DNA from: Scyliorhinus canicula
Taxonomy: Eukaryota
Direction of reading: 5' to 3'
Assembly: GCF_902713615.1 (NCBI RefSeq)
Contig: NC_052158.1
Location: 35,889,729-35,953,728, forward strand
DNA: 64,000 nt
Shown: piece by piece, positions 24,920 through 38,836 of the stretch
How positions within the stretch are numbered: the first letter of the stretch is position 1
Layout of the letters: every line of letters starts with the position of its first letter
Translations under genes and position numbers: made by a program
The notes under the pieces: model-generated
What the model saw: only the letters and a program-made list of their open reading frames with translations
What the model was told of the DNA's origin: nothing
Database searches by the model: none

Positions 24920-27431
24920 GTTCAGGGAGCATCGATCTTCACTTTGCTTTGTACATCCTCTGTGTTGAAACTTTCTCTATTATACCTGAGCAAAACCTCA
25001 CGTGACAGCGCGCCATTGTTCAATGACTTGCATTAGGTCCCACCTTTCCATATATAGGTTCGTTTGTTCACAGTCAACTAAAGGACGTCTGGAATACTGC
25101 GATGAAAGTAGATTTCTAAAATATGACATTTTAAAATGTGCACTCCCAAAGCTCTGAAACAGACTTTTGGATCGAAACGCATTCGTTGAATTCATGGTAG
25201 TTTCGTTAAATAAATGCGCACGTTTGATTGGAAGCTTAATGGACAATGGTTTGCCCTGAGCACAGATTACTTCAAACAAGTAATTATTGCGCTCAAACAA
25301 AAGTGGGGTCCTTCAGGACCTGAGTCATTTTTACCTGAAGCATTTTCTAATGTCCATGAGGAAAAGAATGGTAATGTAATCAGAAATCATTAAATCACCA
25401 ACAGGTACTTCACTAAACTAAGTAATCGGCTGACAATCAAAGATCCCAGGGCCGTACAATTTAACAAAGCCAAAGTCGAATGGTCCTACTTATGCTATAA
25501 GTTTAATAGCGCGGACATAATCAAAGATTCCGGAGGCCGTAAATGCTAATAGACGATCAATGTCGAGAAAATAGGCTGGACTTTGAAGTTAACTAGATAT
25601 CGTTGTCTGGACAGTACGTCCTTGCAAGGAGCCAGCCAAGTGTATTCAAAAATGAAGCTTGCCCTTGTGAAAGTAGAAAGTAAAATATATAATCTGAATA
25701 ATGGAAGAGGGATTGTAACATACAAAAACAATAAATGCAAAGGATTAATTCAACGCCCTGTCGGCAATCTAAAATGAATGTTTCTTTGGCAGAATTCCAA
25801 GAACACGGGGGTTCTGAAAGACACCGACATTGAACGACACCATCATTATAAATCATTTGCACTCTCTAAGCTTCGAAAGCAAATATATATAACATTAATT
25901 TACGTAAATTCTAATCAATTAGTTTTATTTCTTATTTCATGCATTGAACACTTAATTTACGTTATTTCCTCGGTGCCAAAATTGTATAGAATTTACAGTG
26001 CAGAACGAAGCCATTCAGCCCATCGAATATCCACCGGCTCTTTGAAAGAGCACCCTGCCCAAGCCCACACTTCCACCCTATCCCCATAACCCAGTAGCCC
26101 CAGCCAACACTAAGGGCAATTTTTGGACACAAAGGACAATTTAGTATGGCCAATCCACCTAACCTGCACACCTTTGGACTGTGGGAGGAAATCGGAGCAC
26201 CCGGAGGAAGCCCACGCAAACACGGGGAGAACATCGGCAGGGTGGTCTCTTGAATGAGACACAAATGACGGCGCGCTGTGCAGGACAATGTCACATCTTT
26301 CATTTTGAAGAAGATTTAGGGCAGTTCTCCCAAGTGTCCTGGCCAATATAAACCCTTCAATCAGTTGATCTCCAAACGACAACATTTGCATGGATTTCTG
26401 CAACATTGAGGGCCATATCAGCTGTCAATATTAATCTTCAGATTTAACAATGTTTTCATTTTTTCTTTGGACGAAAGGCCAATCTTGATTTGGAGGTTGG
26501 ACGCATCACATATTGACGGATCTCATTCTATCCAGTTTTCGGGGCCTGAGACCACGTTTGTTCCCTTGATTACTGGTCTTATATTATCCTGTTTTCGATG
26601 CTCATCAGTAGGCGTTGGCGGGGGTTTGTCCTGTCGAGTAATCTGCAGCCCCCCCCCCCCCCCACGTCTCCCCGCCACGACGCCGGAACCTGATGGACTG
26701 GGCGTCGGGGCGATGGCATGGCGAGGTGAAGGCACTTTATTCCATTGAATATTTGAGAGATCCGGGTACTTCTTCAACAGCCATCCGATAGCTTAGGCCT
26801 TTTCAAGCAATGAAGATGGTGTTGTTATCCTGCAACTCAATAATCTTAGCCTTTACTCTCTTTTGATTAAGCTGATGATTTTTTGTTGTCCTTTCCCCTA
26901 CCAAATGTGGAGAAGGCATGTGCAGGACGGTGAAAGTCGTCAGTCATCCCGTTTTAGCCAGACTCATATTGATATGCGTTTTAGCACGGCCGTTCTGTCT
27001 TTTTATGCATTTTGATCCTTGCACAGAAGCATAAAACAATAATAAGAGCAGTAGGAGGCCAGTTGGCCCTTTGACCCTGCTCCAGCATTGAGCATGTTCA
27101 TGACTGCTCATCCAACTCAATAGCCTAATCCTGTTTTTCGCCATTGATACCATTCGCACTAAGTGCTATATCTAACTTTCTTGAAAACAGACAATGTTTT
27201 GGCCTCAACTCCGTCATTTGGGAACGAATTCCACAGGCCGAGCACTCACTGGGCAAATAACTTTCTCCCCACCACTGTCCTCAGACTGTTACCTCTGGTT
27301 CTGGACATCCTCACAATTGGGGATATCTTCCTTAAACTATCCTGTCTCGTTCTGTTAGAATTTTATAGGTTTATATGCAATCTCCCCTCACTCTACTGAA
27401 CTCCAGCGCGTATAACCTTAACTGATTCAAT

Positions 27432-27965
27432 GGGTGGGATTCTCCAATAATGGTGCGATGTCCCCATGTCAGCATAAAGATGCGGGCGGTTCACTGTGGA
27501 CTTTCCTGCAGCGGCCCCCCGTGCGACATGGCGGACTCACACTGTGGAGCATGATGAACAAAGTAGGTGCAACACTGACATGGCACCCACCCGCAGTTCG
27601 GGCCACGCGATCGCTTGCTTGGCCATCCATTCCCACCCCCACCCCCTAGTGAAGGGTCCTCCCGCCCCTCCCCACCAGGGCTGCAGCAGATTGAGTCCGC
27701 ACCCGTCACTGGCTGTTCCTGGCAGCTGAAACATGGTTAGAACGACGCCGCCGGGAACTCGCCCAGTTACCCTCGGTGAATCAGAGGGTTGGGGGAGGGG
27801 GGGTTAGGTGGGAGGGCGGGCGGGTGCTCTGTCAATGGCTACCCGCGCCGCATTACCCACGCACGTGCGATTCGCGGGAGTGATGTTGGATGTATTTAAA
27901 CACCCCCCCCCCCCCCACCTCGCTCCGATCGCAATTTCGGTACGGAGGCTCGGAGAATCCAGCCC
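27432..27965. mobile_element. PIF/Harbinger-like MITE inside a CR1 fragment
   Basis: TIRs gggtgggattctcc / ggagaatccagccc; flanks aat / aac. Confidence 0.6.
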
Positions 27966-28749
27966 AACGTCTCTTCACGTCAATCCCGCCACCTGAAGTA
28001 TCAATCTGGCAAACCTTCAGTGCACTCCCTCTGGAGCATGAACATCCTTCCTCAGATAAGGAGACCGAAACTGCACACAATATTGCAGGTGTGGCCTCAC
28101 CACGATCCTGCATAATTGCAACAAGACATCTCTGCTCCTGTATTCGAATCCTCAATAATGAGAAGGGAGTGCATTTTGGACACCCCTTATCTAGTTTCTC
28201 ATGAAGGTCAGAGGAGCTACTGTGGGGTGATGGGTGGATGATTGGTGTAGCGGTTGGCAGTTAGGATCAGTTAAGTCCCCACTAGGATTGTGGGTAGCCC
28301 CCAGTTAGAGATAATCGTATGATGAGTTTATGTTGTTTATTATTATTGTTTTGAATTTTGAGAACATGTGGCTGATCGCCTTTCCATGTTCGGAAAAAAT
28401 ATTGTAGTCTCGTATTCTTTCTTGGGGTTGGCATTTGATAGATATTATAATAGATGGAAATGGGTGGTGCTGCACGCCGGGGTAGGATGAGATTATTCTC
28501 GTTTGAATTGCTGAATTAAGAGTCTGTACGCTGTGCCGCTGGGATGCTGGTGGAGCCCTTCGGGGGCAGGAGGTTGGGGGGGGGGGGGGGGGGGGGGAGG
28601 TGTGTAGGGGACATTCGGTCCCGTTAACCAGACGCCGAAATCCTTTGTGTCTTGACGATTCTTCTTCTCTTTGCTGGTGGTGTCTCCTCGGTTGTGGCTG
28701 CTGTGATTTTCTAATGTTAATGGGATTGGTGCAATGCCCTTTTGGTGTC

Positions 28750-31700
28750 CTGGCCCAATTGACCCCCGATACAGAATCCCCGACGGACTCCCTAATTCTC
28801 CCCCTTATCTCCCCCTCCCCTCACCCAACCATCCAGCCCCCCCCCCCCCCCCCCCCAATCACGGACCCTTCAATTCACCTGGAGGAAAGCAATAAACGGT
28901 TTCTACCTCCAGACCAACCCCTCCTGAGAGGACCGCAAAGTGTCCTTGCCCTTTTCCAAACACAGGAATTCTGCCATGTCACTCACTCATACACACGTTT
29001 TCGGCGACTCCGAGTCCCGCCAGCACAACTGGATCCACCTCCGTGCTATCAGGGAGGCAAAGGTGAATGTGTCAGCTACTCTCCGCACCTGGACTCCCGG
29101 ACCTTCCGACACACGGAATATCGCCAGCTCCGGACTCGTAGCCACCCCACGCCCAGAATCTTGGACATAACATAGGAAAAGCCCTGCCAAAACTATCTCA
29201 TCTTTGGACACACGAGGATGTGATTCGCGGTTCCTGCCACACACGGCCCACACCTCTCCTCCACCCCTTCAAAGAACCGGTTCATCCTCGCAACTGTCAT
29301 GTGGGCCCTATGCACCATCTTAAACTGGATAAGGCTTAATCTCCCAGACGCAGAAGATGCGATTCACGTTCTGCAGGGCCTCTTTCCACATAATGGCCCA
29401 CACCTCTCCACACAGCTCCTTCTCCCATTTACGGTTAATTCCTTCCACTAGAACATCCTCCATAAACTCACTGAAGGTGACTGCCCAATCCCCTCCCCAA
29501 TATCATCGTCTGACAACAACTTGTCCTGCAACACCAGAGGCGGCAGCCCCGGGAATGGTGGCATCTTCTCACAGAATCCCTCACCTGCAGGTATCAAAGA
29601 TTATTCCCTATTGGCAAGTGAGACATCTCCTCCAACTCCTCCTGACCCGCAAACCTACCCTCGATAAACATGTCCCTGAAGGACGCCATCCCCATCTGCC
29701 ATCATTCCCAGAACCTCGCATTCAAACCCGCTGGCACAAACCTATAGTTATCACATATTGGCGCCTCCAACGACATGCCCTCTAACCTGAAATGTTGCCT
29801 ACACTTGGCTCACACCCGCAACGCAGAAACATCATTGGGCTCATGGAGTATCTGTCCAGCGAGAATGGGAGGGTTGGGACAGCAGTGCCCTCGAACTAGT
29901 GAGGGGAAGGAGAGCCATAGTGGTAACGTCACTGAACTAGTGCCGGGTGATGTTCTCAGGGTAACATGTGTTCGAATCCTGTCACAGCGGATGGTGAAAT
30001 TTGAATTGAATAAAAATCGGGGAAAAAAACATTGACTATTGTGGTAAGAAAAAAATTGCTTAGGCCTTGACTGTGTGCGGAGTTTGTATGTTGTCTGTTT
30101 AGAGTTTGTAAGTTGTCTGTGTGGGTTTCCTTCAAAGATGTGCTGGCTAGGGTTAGGGTTAGGGATGTGTACTTCTTATCTTTTCTTTGTACGGACCCCG
30201 GAAGTATAGATGATTTTAGTAGACGGGCAGCATGGTGGGCGCCGGCTTGGAGGGCCGAAGGGCCTGCTCCTATGCTGTACGTTTCTTTGTTCTTTGTTCT
30301 TTATTGGGCACAAGGAGGTGCTGAGGGTTTTAGCCAATGTTAGTCTCATAACCGGTACTGGCTTGGAGGACCGAAGGGCCTGTTCCTGTTCTCAATTATT
30401 CTTTCTTCTTTGCTAATGCCGATTGAGAACTTGTCTGTCTTTTGTCAATGTCTGAATTATCAAAATGGATGACACCAATTCTCAGCAGCAACTCTGCAGA
30501 GAGAAAGGAAAGTCAGCTTTTAGGTGGATGAACTTCCTCGCCTAGAGTTTGTTCCTCACCTTCTGTGTTCTAGTTCCCCCACATGACGCCGCCTCCATCC
30601 CTCCCAACCGACCGGCCCTCCACTGCCCATTTACTCACCATTGCGATGCTCGTCACCCAAAAATCATTAATCAAATTTGTCAATGCCCCCCCCCCCCCAC
30701 CCCCTTGCCAAAAGCACCCTCTTCACCCGCGGGGTCTTCCCCGCCCACCCAAATCCCGAAATTATCCCTAAGGCTTCTTGAAAAGAGCTTTGGACCAAAG
30801 ATGGGGAGGTTCTTGAACACGAACAAGACCTTGGGCAGCACCATTATATTCACCTTCTGCACGCATCAGTCCAGTGGCAGTGGCAACACATCCCACCTCT
30901 TCAAATCCACTTTCATCCCCTCCACGAGTGATGCCAAGTCAAATTTATGTAGCTGGCCCAGCCCCGCACTACCTGGATTTCAAGGTACCGAAGGCTCGCC
31001 GCACCACTCGAAACAGCAACTCCCCTAATCTCCTATCCTACCCTCTATCATTGATCAGGAACTCCTCTCTCTTCCCCATGTTCACCAAAAGAACACACCA
31101 ATTGGTTGATCCTTAGAAAGCTGCTAATCGGGTCAGACATATATAGTAACAGATTATCCACATACGGCGAGACCTGTGCTCAAACCCCAACCACCGCTCA
31201 ATCCCTTTCTAACCACTCAACGCCCTATGTGCTATCGCCAGTGGTTCTATCAGCAGAGCGAAAACCAATGGGGAGAGCGGATACCCCTACCTCACCCCCT
31301 TATGTATCCCGAAGTACCACAATCTTGTCTTGTTCACCTTAATGCTCGCCATTGGCGCTCGGTACAGCAACTGAACCCATTCCATGAACCACTAGCCAAA
31401 CTTGAACCGACCCAACACCTCCCACAAATAGGCCCACTCCACCCGATCGAAGGCCTTCTCCGAATCCATTGCCACTACTGCTTCTATCTCCTGGCCCTCT
31501 GAGGGCATCAGAATATCATTAAGTTGCCTTTGGACAATCACCAAAAACTGCCTTCCCTTCACAAATCCCATTTGGTCATTCCCCATCAACCCTGGCATCT
31601 ATCTGTGATGCGAACACCTTCTCCAACAACGTTGACTCAACATGGAGCAGCGATATCGGGTGTGATGACCCACATTGCTCTTGGTCCTTATCGTTCTTCA

Positions 31701-34700
31701 AACTCCGGGAAAAGAATGCGTGCCACAACATGTGGAGCGGCCGTGGGGTGGAGTGCCCCATATCCCTCTCCAGATTGTACATCCTCACTAGCAGCTGGCC
31801 CAGCTGCGCGCCACATGTCTTCTGAAAATCCAGTGAGAACCCATCCGGCCTCGAGGCCGTACAGAACCATACTGTCCATCATCTCCCTCAGCCCAAAATA
31901 GACCCACGTCCCTGCACCATTCCTTCCTCCACCTTCGGGAAACTTCACATCTCCTCCACGGGCGGTGGTTCCGACTCGTACAGCGTCCTTTAGAAGGCCA
32001 CAACACCCCATTTAGCCCCTCTGGGTCCGCCACCACTTTAACCCTCGAATCCCTCACCGTACCAATCTCCCTCATTGCTCCTTGCTTCCTCGGCTGGTGG
32101 AGGCAGAATCCTACTCGCCATATCCCCATGCTCGTACATTACATAAGAACATAAGAACTCGGAGTACGAGTCGGCCACCTGGCCCTTCGAGCCTGCTCTG
32201 CCATTCCATGAGATGATGTCTGATCTTTTGTGGACTCAGCTCCACTTTCCCGCCCGAACACCATAACCCTTTATTCTTTTATTCTTCAAAAAACTATCTA
32301 TCTTTATCTTGAATACGTTTAATGAAGGAGCCACAACTGCTTCATTGGGCAGGGAATTCCATAGATTCACAACAATTTGGGTGAAGAAGTTCTTCCTAAA
32401 CTGCTTCCCCTTATTTTGAGCCTTTGCCCCCTAGTTCTGCTTCCACCCGCCAATGGAAACAACCTGCCCACGTCTATCCTATCTATTCCCTTCATAATTT
32501 TATATGTTTCTATTACATTCCCCCACATCCTTCTAAATTAGAACGAGTACAGTCCCAGTCTACTCAACCTCTCCTCGTAATTTAACCCTCTCAGCTCTGG
32601 GATTTACCTAGTAACCCCCCTCCGCACACCCTCCAGCGCCAGTACTTCCTTTCTCAAATAACGAGACTAAAACTGAACACAATACTCCAGGTGAGGCCTC
32701 ACTATCACCTTATACAATTTCAGCATTACTTCCGTAGTCTTAAGCTCCACCCCTCCAGCAATCAAGGCCAAAACGCCATCCGCCTTCTTCATGACCTGTT
32801 GCAACTGTAAACCAACTTTGTGCGACTCATGCACCAGCACACCCAAGTCCCTGTGCACAGCAGCATGTTTTAATATTTTATCATTTAAATTATAATCCCT
32901 TTTGCTGTTATTCCGGCCAACATGAATAACCTCACATTGCCCCACGGGCCCTCATAACTGCCCTTCCACCTTCCCCATGGATATGAACCTGAACACCATC
33001 TGGAGCCTCAGCCTCTCCTTTAACAACCTCTCCTCTGGTGCCACCGGGTACCTCCGGTCCACCCTCAGAATCTCATCTACCACGTTCCCTCTCTCCTCAC
33101 TTTCCACCTCTTCCAATGCATCTGGATTGAAATAAATTCTCCCCTAACTACCACGTTAAGCGCCTGCCACAGTGTGTTGTCCGTGACATTCCCGTGTCAT
33201 TCAGCTTCAAATAGCCCTGGATTTTGCCATCCCCTCAAACACACCCTCATGCACCAACAGACCCACAGCGGCCGTTGAGCCAACTGAACCACCCGCAAAT
33301 CCACCCACTGCAGCACGTGTCAGAAATCACAATTACCAAGTTCTCCGATTTGGACTACCCCACCAGCAGTGCCTTATCCATCATAGAGAAATCGATCCGG
33401 ATGTACACACGATGCACATGTGAGAAGTGCGAGAGCTCCTCCATGCACAGTCTCAATCCTTCATGGGTCCACACCCCATACGATCCATGAACCCCAACCG
33501 AGTTTACGTCATCGAGGGTGTAGGAGGTGGCCAGGTACTTGATACCTAGCCTCCTCCTGCACCCTCGATGACGTAAACTCGGTCAGTCCAACCTCAACAC
33601 GAGAACCATATTCAAATCGCACCCCATTATCAGCCGATGCACGTCCAGGTCCACAATCCTACCTAGCACCTCTAAATTCCACGTCATCCCAATTCGGGGC
33701 ATTCCTTCCAAATTCCCACTGACCATCACATATCTATATCCCGGCTCGGCCACGATGCTGCCCACCTCTAAAGCCACTTTATATAAACAAAAACCGCTAA
33801 CCCCTTCATCCTCATGGCCAATTCTGAGTGGAACACCTGCCACCCCCATCCCTTCCTCAGCCTTGTCTGATCCCCAACTCCAGGTGCTGCTCCTGGAAGA
33901 ACACGACATCCGCCTGCAAACTCCTCAAGTGCGTGAAAACATGCGACCACTTAATCTGCCCATTCAACACTTGAACGTTCCATGTAACCACCTTGTCCGG
34001 GAGAGGGGAGGAAGGGCCACCCTTCCCCCTCTCCTGCTGATCAGCCATACCCCTATTTAAGCCAGCCCACGTGGCCCACGACAAGCAACCCGCCAGGTAT
34101 GAAAACAAGATGCCCTTCGCCATTTCTCACTTCCCACACCAACCACTCCCATTTCAGCGATCCTCCCTCGCCAAGAAAGAAGTAACCTATTCAGCGCTCC
34201 CCCATACCTTCCTCCTGACAACCCCCCACTGTTCTCCCGTTAACTAACCCGTCCAGATACCATGGTGGCCCCCGACAATGGTCTCTGACAACTGCTCCCC
34301 CCAATCTACCCCTCCCGCCAATCGTCCCAGCTACTAGCAAACATAGAGACATCAAAGGCAACTCACCGTCACTGCTTCTCCATCGTATCTGACCGAATCC
34401 ATCCACCCAATGTGCCCACAAATTACACAGAGTTCCCCTGCAAAGTCCTCGCACTTCTCCCAGTTTATGGTCTCTCTTAAAGTCCATCACCTCCGACGGC
34501 GAGTCAAAATATAATTCCTGTATTTGATGCATCACCCACAGGTGGGCGGGGTAGAACACCTCAAACCAGTCCCTTCTTGTCGAGGGCTTCCTTTACCTGA
34601 TTATACCCTGTCCTACGCTTGGCCAGCTCCGGACCCACGTCCTGGTAAATCCGCAGCTCACTGACATCCCAGGTCCATCCCATGCTCTTCCTAGCCCATC

Positions 34701-35270
34701 TCAAGATCTTCTCTTTATCTTTAACCCATGCAGCCTCACTGGCATCTCCCTCAGTGGCTCCCCCACCTGCCTCCTCCTCATCGACCTGTGCATCCGATCC
34801 ACTTCGAGGGGCCGGTGAAAGGCCACCTCCCTCATCAGCTTCTCGAACATGCTCGCCACAAAATTGGCAGTCTCCGCACTTTTGCTGCCATTGGGCATCC
34901 GAAAGTGCGGAGACTGACAAGTTTGCTCAGATTCTGCTTCCTGGAGCGCTTCACAAGGATCTCCAACTTCTCCTTCAGCAATTTATGGTTCCTCAGCACC
35001 ATCCCCACCTGCGTCTCCAGCGAAGTCAGCTGACCCTCTAGATCCACCACCACAATACCTCCACTTTCTGGATCGTCAAGTCCTGAGCATCGTGCCTCTG
35101 CTCCACACACTCGATCGCCAGTCGAAGCGGCTCCACCACCTTGGCCAAATCCTCTAAGGCCTCGTTCTTCTGCTGCTGAAATTTTTCATTTTGTCCTGTG
35201 TCGCACCACAAAATCTTTCTTGCTGCAACTGCTCTCTCTTCCTCGTGGCACTCCTCATCCGATGAGCTAT
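28750..35270 (-). mobile_element. Old fragmented L1-clade LINE with nested insertions
   Basis: ORF1 (RSRKQNL; IYQDVGPELAKRR) at 34560-35270, EN at ~33000-34060, RT (AMDSEKAFDRVEW) at ~31400, zinc-knuckle remnant at ~29200. Confidence 0.8.
32140..32935 (-). mobile_element. CR1 3' fragment nested in the old L1
   Basis: CEVIHVGRNN…VRPHLEYCVQF and a cataagaacataagaac tail. Confidence 0.85.
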
Positions 35271-35279
35271 ACACCTGAA

Positions 35280-35489
35280 GAGGTGGGTTCCAGAAACATA
35301 CATATAGACAGAGTCAAATATGTCTTTGACTCTGTCTATGTATATGTTTCTGGAACCCGCCTCTTAATTCACCTGAGGAAGGAGCAGTGGTCCGAAAGCT
35401 AGTCATTCGAAACAACCCGTTGGACTTTAACCTGGTGTTATCAGACTTCTTACTGTACTCACCCAGTCCAACGATGACATCTCCACATC
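35280..35489 (+). mobile_element. Penelope-like terminal (pLTR) fragment with 39-bp hairpin
   Basis: Inverted arms 35280-35318 and 35325-35363 (3 mismatches, 6-nt loop), followed by the ribozyme motif and the gttggactttaacctggtgtt…ctccacatc tail. Confidence 0.6.
35365..35410 (+). ncRNA. Minimal type I hammerhead ribozyme motif in a Penelope terminus
   Basis: tcac-CTGAGGA-a-ggagc/agt/ggtcc-GAAA-gc-T-A-gtca. CUGANGA at 35373-35379, stem II, GAAA at 35394-35397, CUA triplet ending 35401, stem I tcac/gtca with one mismatch. Confidence 0.6.
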
Positions 35490-35529
35490 TCGCAATGAAG
35501 GCTCAACATACCATTCTCCTCCTTTACCG

Positions 35530-37780
35530 CCTGCTGCCCCTGCTACCTTCGGCGAATGGTGCACAAGGATCCGCTGCACACCCCGCTCTCCCACATTAAA
35601 GGCATTCAAGTAGTAAGCTGCCTTCCTGTTTTTGCTTCCAAAGTGAAAAACCTCACACTTATCCAAATTATATTGCATCTGCCATTGATTTGCCCACTCG
35701 CCCAATCTGTCCAGGTCATGCTGTAGGATCCCTGCATCCTCGTCAGAATTCACCCACCCACTTAATTTGGTATCATCTGCAAACTTTGAGATGTTACATT
35801 TTGTTCCCTCATCGAAATCATTAATTTATATTGTGAATATCTGGGGTCCCAGCGCCGATCCCTGTGGTACCCCACTAGTTGCTGCCTACCAATTTGAAAA
35901 GGACCATTAATCACTACTCTTTCTTTCCTCTCTGCCAACCAGTTTTCTATCCACCTCCATACATTTCCTCCAATCCCATGAGCTTTAATCTTGCACAATA
36001 ATCTCTCTGTGGGACTTTGTCAAATGCCTTCTGAAAGTCCAAATATACCACGTTGACTGGCTCCGTCTTGTCAACTGTACTGGTTACATCTTACAAGAGA
36101 TTTGTCAGGCATGGCTTTCGCTTCATAAATCCAAGCTGACTCTGACCGATCCTGCCACTGCTTTCTAAATGCTCCACTTTAAAGTCATTGATAATGGATT
36201 CAAGCATTTTCCACACTACCGATTTTAGGTTTACTGCTCTATAATTCTCTGCTTCCTCTCAACCTCCCTTTTTGAATGTTGGAGTGACGTGAGCTACCCT
36301 CCAATCTGCAGGAACAGCTCCAGAGTCTATCGAATCCCAGAAGATGACCACCAATGCATCCACTATTTCCAGAGCCACCTCCTTAAGCACTTTGGGATGC
36401 AGATTGTCAGGCTCTGGAGATTTATCAGCTTTAAATCCCATCAATTTTCCCAGCACCATTTCTCTACTAAGAATAGAATAATCGCTTATTCTCAGAAGTA
36501 GGCTTCAATGAAGTTACCGTGAATAGCCCCTAGTTGCCACATTCCGGCGCCTGTTCGGTGAGGCGGGTACGGGAATTGAATCCGCGCTGCTGGCATTGTT
36601 CTGCATTGCAAGGCAGCTATTTAGCCCACTGTGCTAAACCAGCCCCTAATGTCGAACTCCCTCAGTTCTTCCCCCTCACTAAACCTTTCATTCTCTAACA
36701 TTTCTGGTATCTGACTTATGTTCTCTTTTGTGAAGACAGAAAAAAAGTATGCATTCATTTTCTCAGCCATGTCTTTGTCCCTTATTATGCATTCCCCTGT
36801 TTCTGTCTGTAGGGGGGCTACATTTCTCTTGACCAATCTCTTTCTCTTCACTTACCTATAGAAACTCTCAGTGTCAGTCTTGACGTCCCCTGCAAGATTC
36901 CTTCCGTACTTTCACCTTCTTATTTGTGGGTGGGGGGGGGGGGGGGGGGGGGGGGCTACATTTCTCTTTATCAATCTCTTTCTCTTCACGTATCTATATA
37001 AACTCTCAGTGTCTTTCTTTATGTTGCCTGCAAGCTTCCTTTTGTACTGTACTTTCACCTTCTTATTTAATCCCGTCGTCCTTTTATGCTGAATTCCAAA
37101 CTGTTCCCAATCCTCATACCTATTATTTTTCATGGCCAATCTGCATGCTTCGCCCTTGTATCAGATACTATTTCTAATTTCCTTTGTAAGTCATGGATTG
37201 GCCCTCTTATCCCCTTTGCCTTTGTGCCAGAGAGGAATTAAAAGTTTCTGTAGTTCCCCCGTGCGTTCCTTGAATGTTTGCCATTGTCTATCCACTGCCA
37301 TCCTTTTAAGTAACTCTCCAAAATCTATCAAGGCCAACTCACGCCTCATATCTTCACAGTTCCCTTTATTAAAATTCAGCACTCTAATCTCCAGATCAAC
37401 TACTTCACTCTCCATCTTGATAAAACATTCTATCATTTTATGGCCGCTGATCCCGAAGGGTTCTCGTACAGCCAGATTGGCAAAGACTCCCTTCTCATTA
37501 CACAGTACCCAGTATAAGATGGCTTGCTCTCTAGTTGGTTCCTCCAGATATTTGACAACAAAACCATCCCGTATACACTCCAGGAATTCATTCTCTATTG
37601 CATTATGGTTAATTTGATTTGCCCAATCTATGTGAAGATTAAAATCACCCATGATCACCGATATTCCCTCGTTACATGCATCTCTAATTTCTTGTTTAAT
37701 GTCGTTCCCAAACTCATCACTGCAGTTTTGGCGTCTATATATGACACCCACTAATGTTTTTTGGTCCTTGGTCATGCTCC
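35530..37780 (-). mobile_element. CR1 ORF2 fragments (EN and RT) with nested SINE
   Basis: VIMGDFNLHIDW, KSPEPDNLHPKVLKEVALEIVDAL and WANQWQMQYN. Confidence 0.85.
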
Positions 37781-38029
37781 CAATCTAGAAAGAAGGCTAA
37801 ATATGAATACATACCACAATATCCAGCGAACACAGCATTGCTCCCCACGGGAACTCAGGGTAAACAAACTTCCAGTGGCAATAACCCAAGTCAACAATTG
37901 TCCTTTATTTCCTGCCACTGAGCAAATGTATCCAGTTTTCAGACCATATGGACAGTACAGACCTCATTAATCATCCTTGTTGCTGGCTCAAATAATTCAA
38001 TCAAGTTAATCAAGTTAATCCGATAGGAT

Positions 38030-38836
38030 CTGAGTTGTGGTGGCATCATGCTGCAGTTGGTGGAAATGACAGAGGACGATCCTTTGAAAGCAGAGGCTGG
38101 TGGGGTGCAACGTCAGGATCTTAACATGGTTCTGGGAGGCAGGGCAAATATGTCAGTGTAGAGGTGCGGTAAATGTGTAGAACTTGGTTGAGTACTCTCT
38201 CCACCACACTGGTAATGGTGGGAAGGGTGTTGTGGAAACCTCTGTTAAAGAAAACTGCATATCAAAAGCGCTATTTTTGAAGGCAGCATCGTCAATGCAG
38301 AAGTGACGGAAGCTGATAAACTGGGATAATCTGATGGAGTCGTTACATGAAGCAATGTCTGAGTAGCTGTAGTCAAGGTAGCCATGGGAGTTGTTGGAAT
38401 TGTAAAGAATATTGGTTGTTAGCCTATCACTGGAAATGGAGACAGATAGGTTATGAAGGGTTAGATAATCATGGGAGCTGCACGATATAAGGCGAGATAG
38501 AACGTGGATATTTAAAGCAGAATTGATAATGTTGTCCAGGTCCGGGGACGAGCATGAGGCGGCACCAATGCAGCCATGGATGGAGGACTTGAGCAAGGAG
38601 TGTTCCAAATGACCCACAAAAAAGACAGGCATAATAGGGGCCGATGCGTTTATCAATTGCGACACCTTTTATTCACTGGAATCAGAACAAGGGACGGTAG
38701 AAATTGTTTTATGAGGGTACAAATTCAACAGAGCGGAGAAGTGGTGGTGGAAGGGTGTTGTTCTGGCCTCCACTCAAAGATGAAGCAGGGAGCATTCAGA
38801 CAGTTGTGGTAGTGGACGGAGTCACGTAGATACGTA
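38030..38836 (-). mobile_element. Penelope-like RT fragment
   Basis: CIGAASCS…LSVSISSDRLTTNILYNSNNSHGYLDYS…LSQF, a degenerate PLE RT. Confidence 0.75.

Noticed and set aside
24998-25300. 100-aa minus-strand ORF MFERNNYLF…
   Set aside because: It overlaps the non-coding upstream region of the antisense exon 1, which aligns with the other upstream regions; no recognisable motif.
26760-26900. KAKIIELQDNN, reminiscent of a pogo/Tigger helix-turn-helix
   Set aside because: Too short; no TIRs or further transposase motifs found.
30147-30164. ctaggg ttaggg ttaggg telomere-like run
   Set aside because: Only two perfect units; not an interstitial telomere array.
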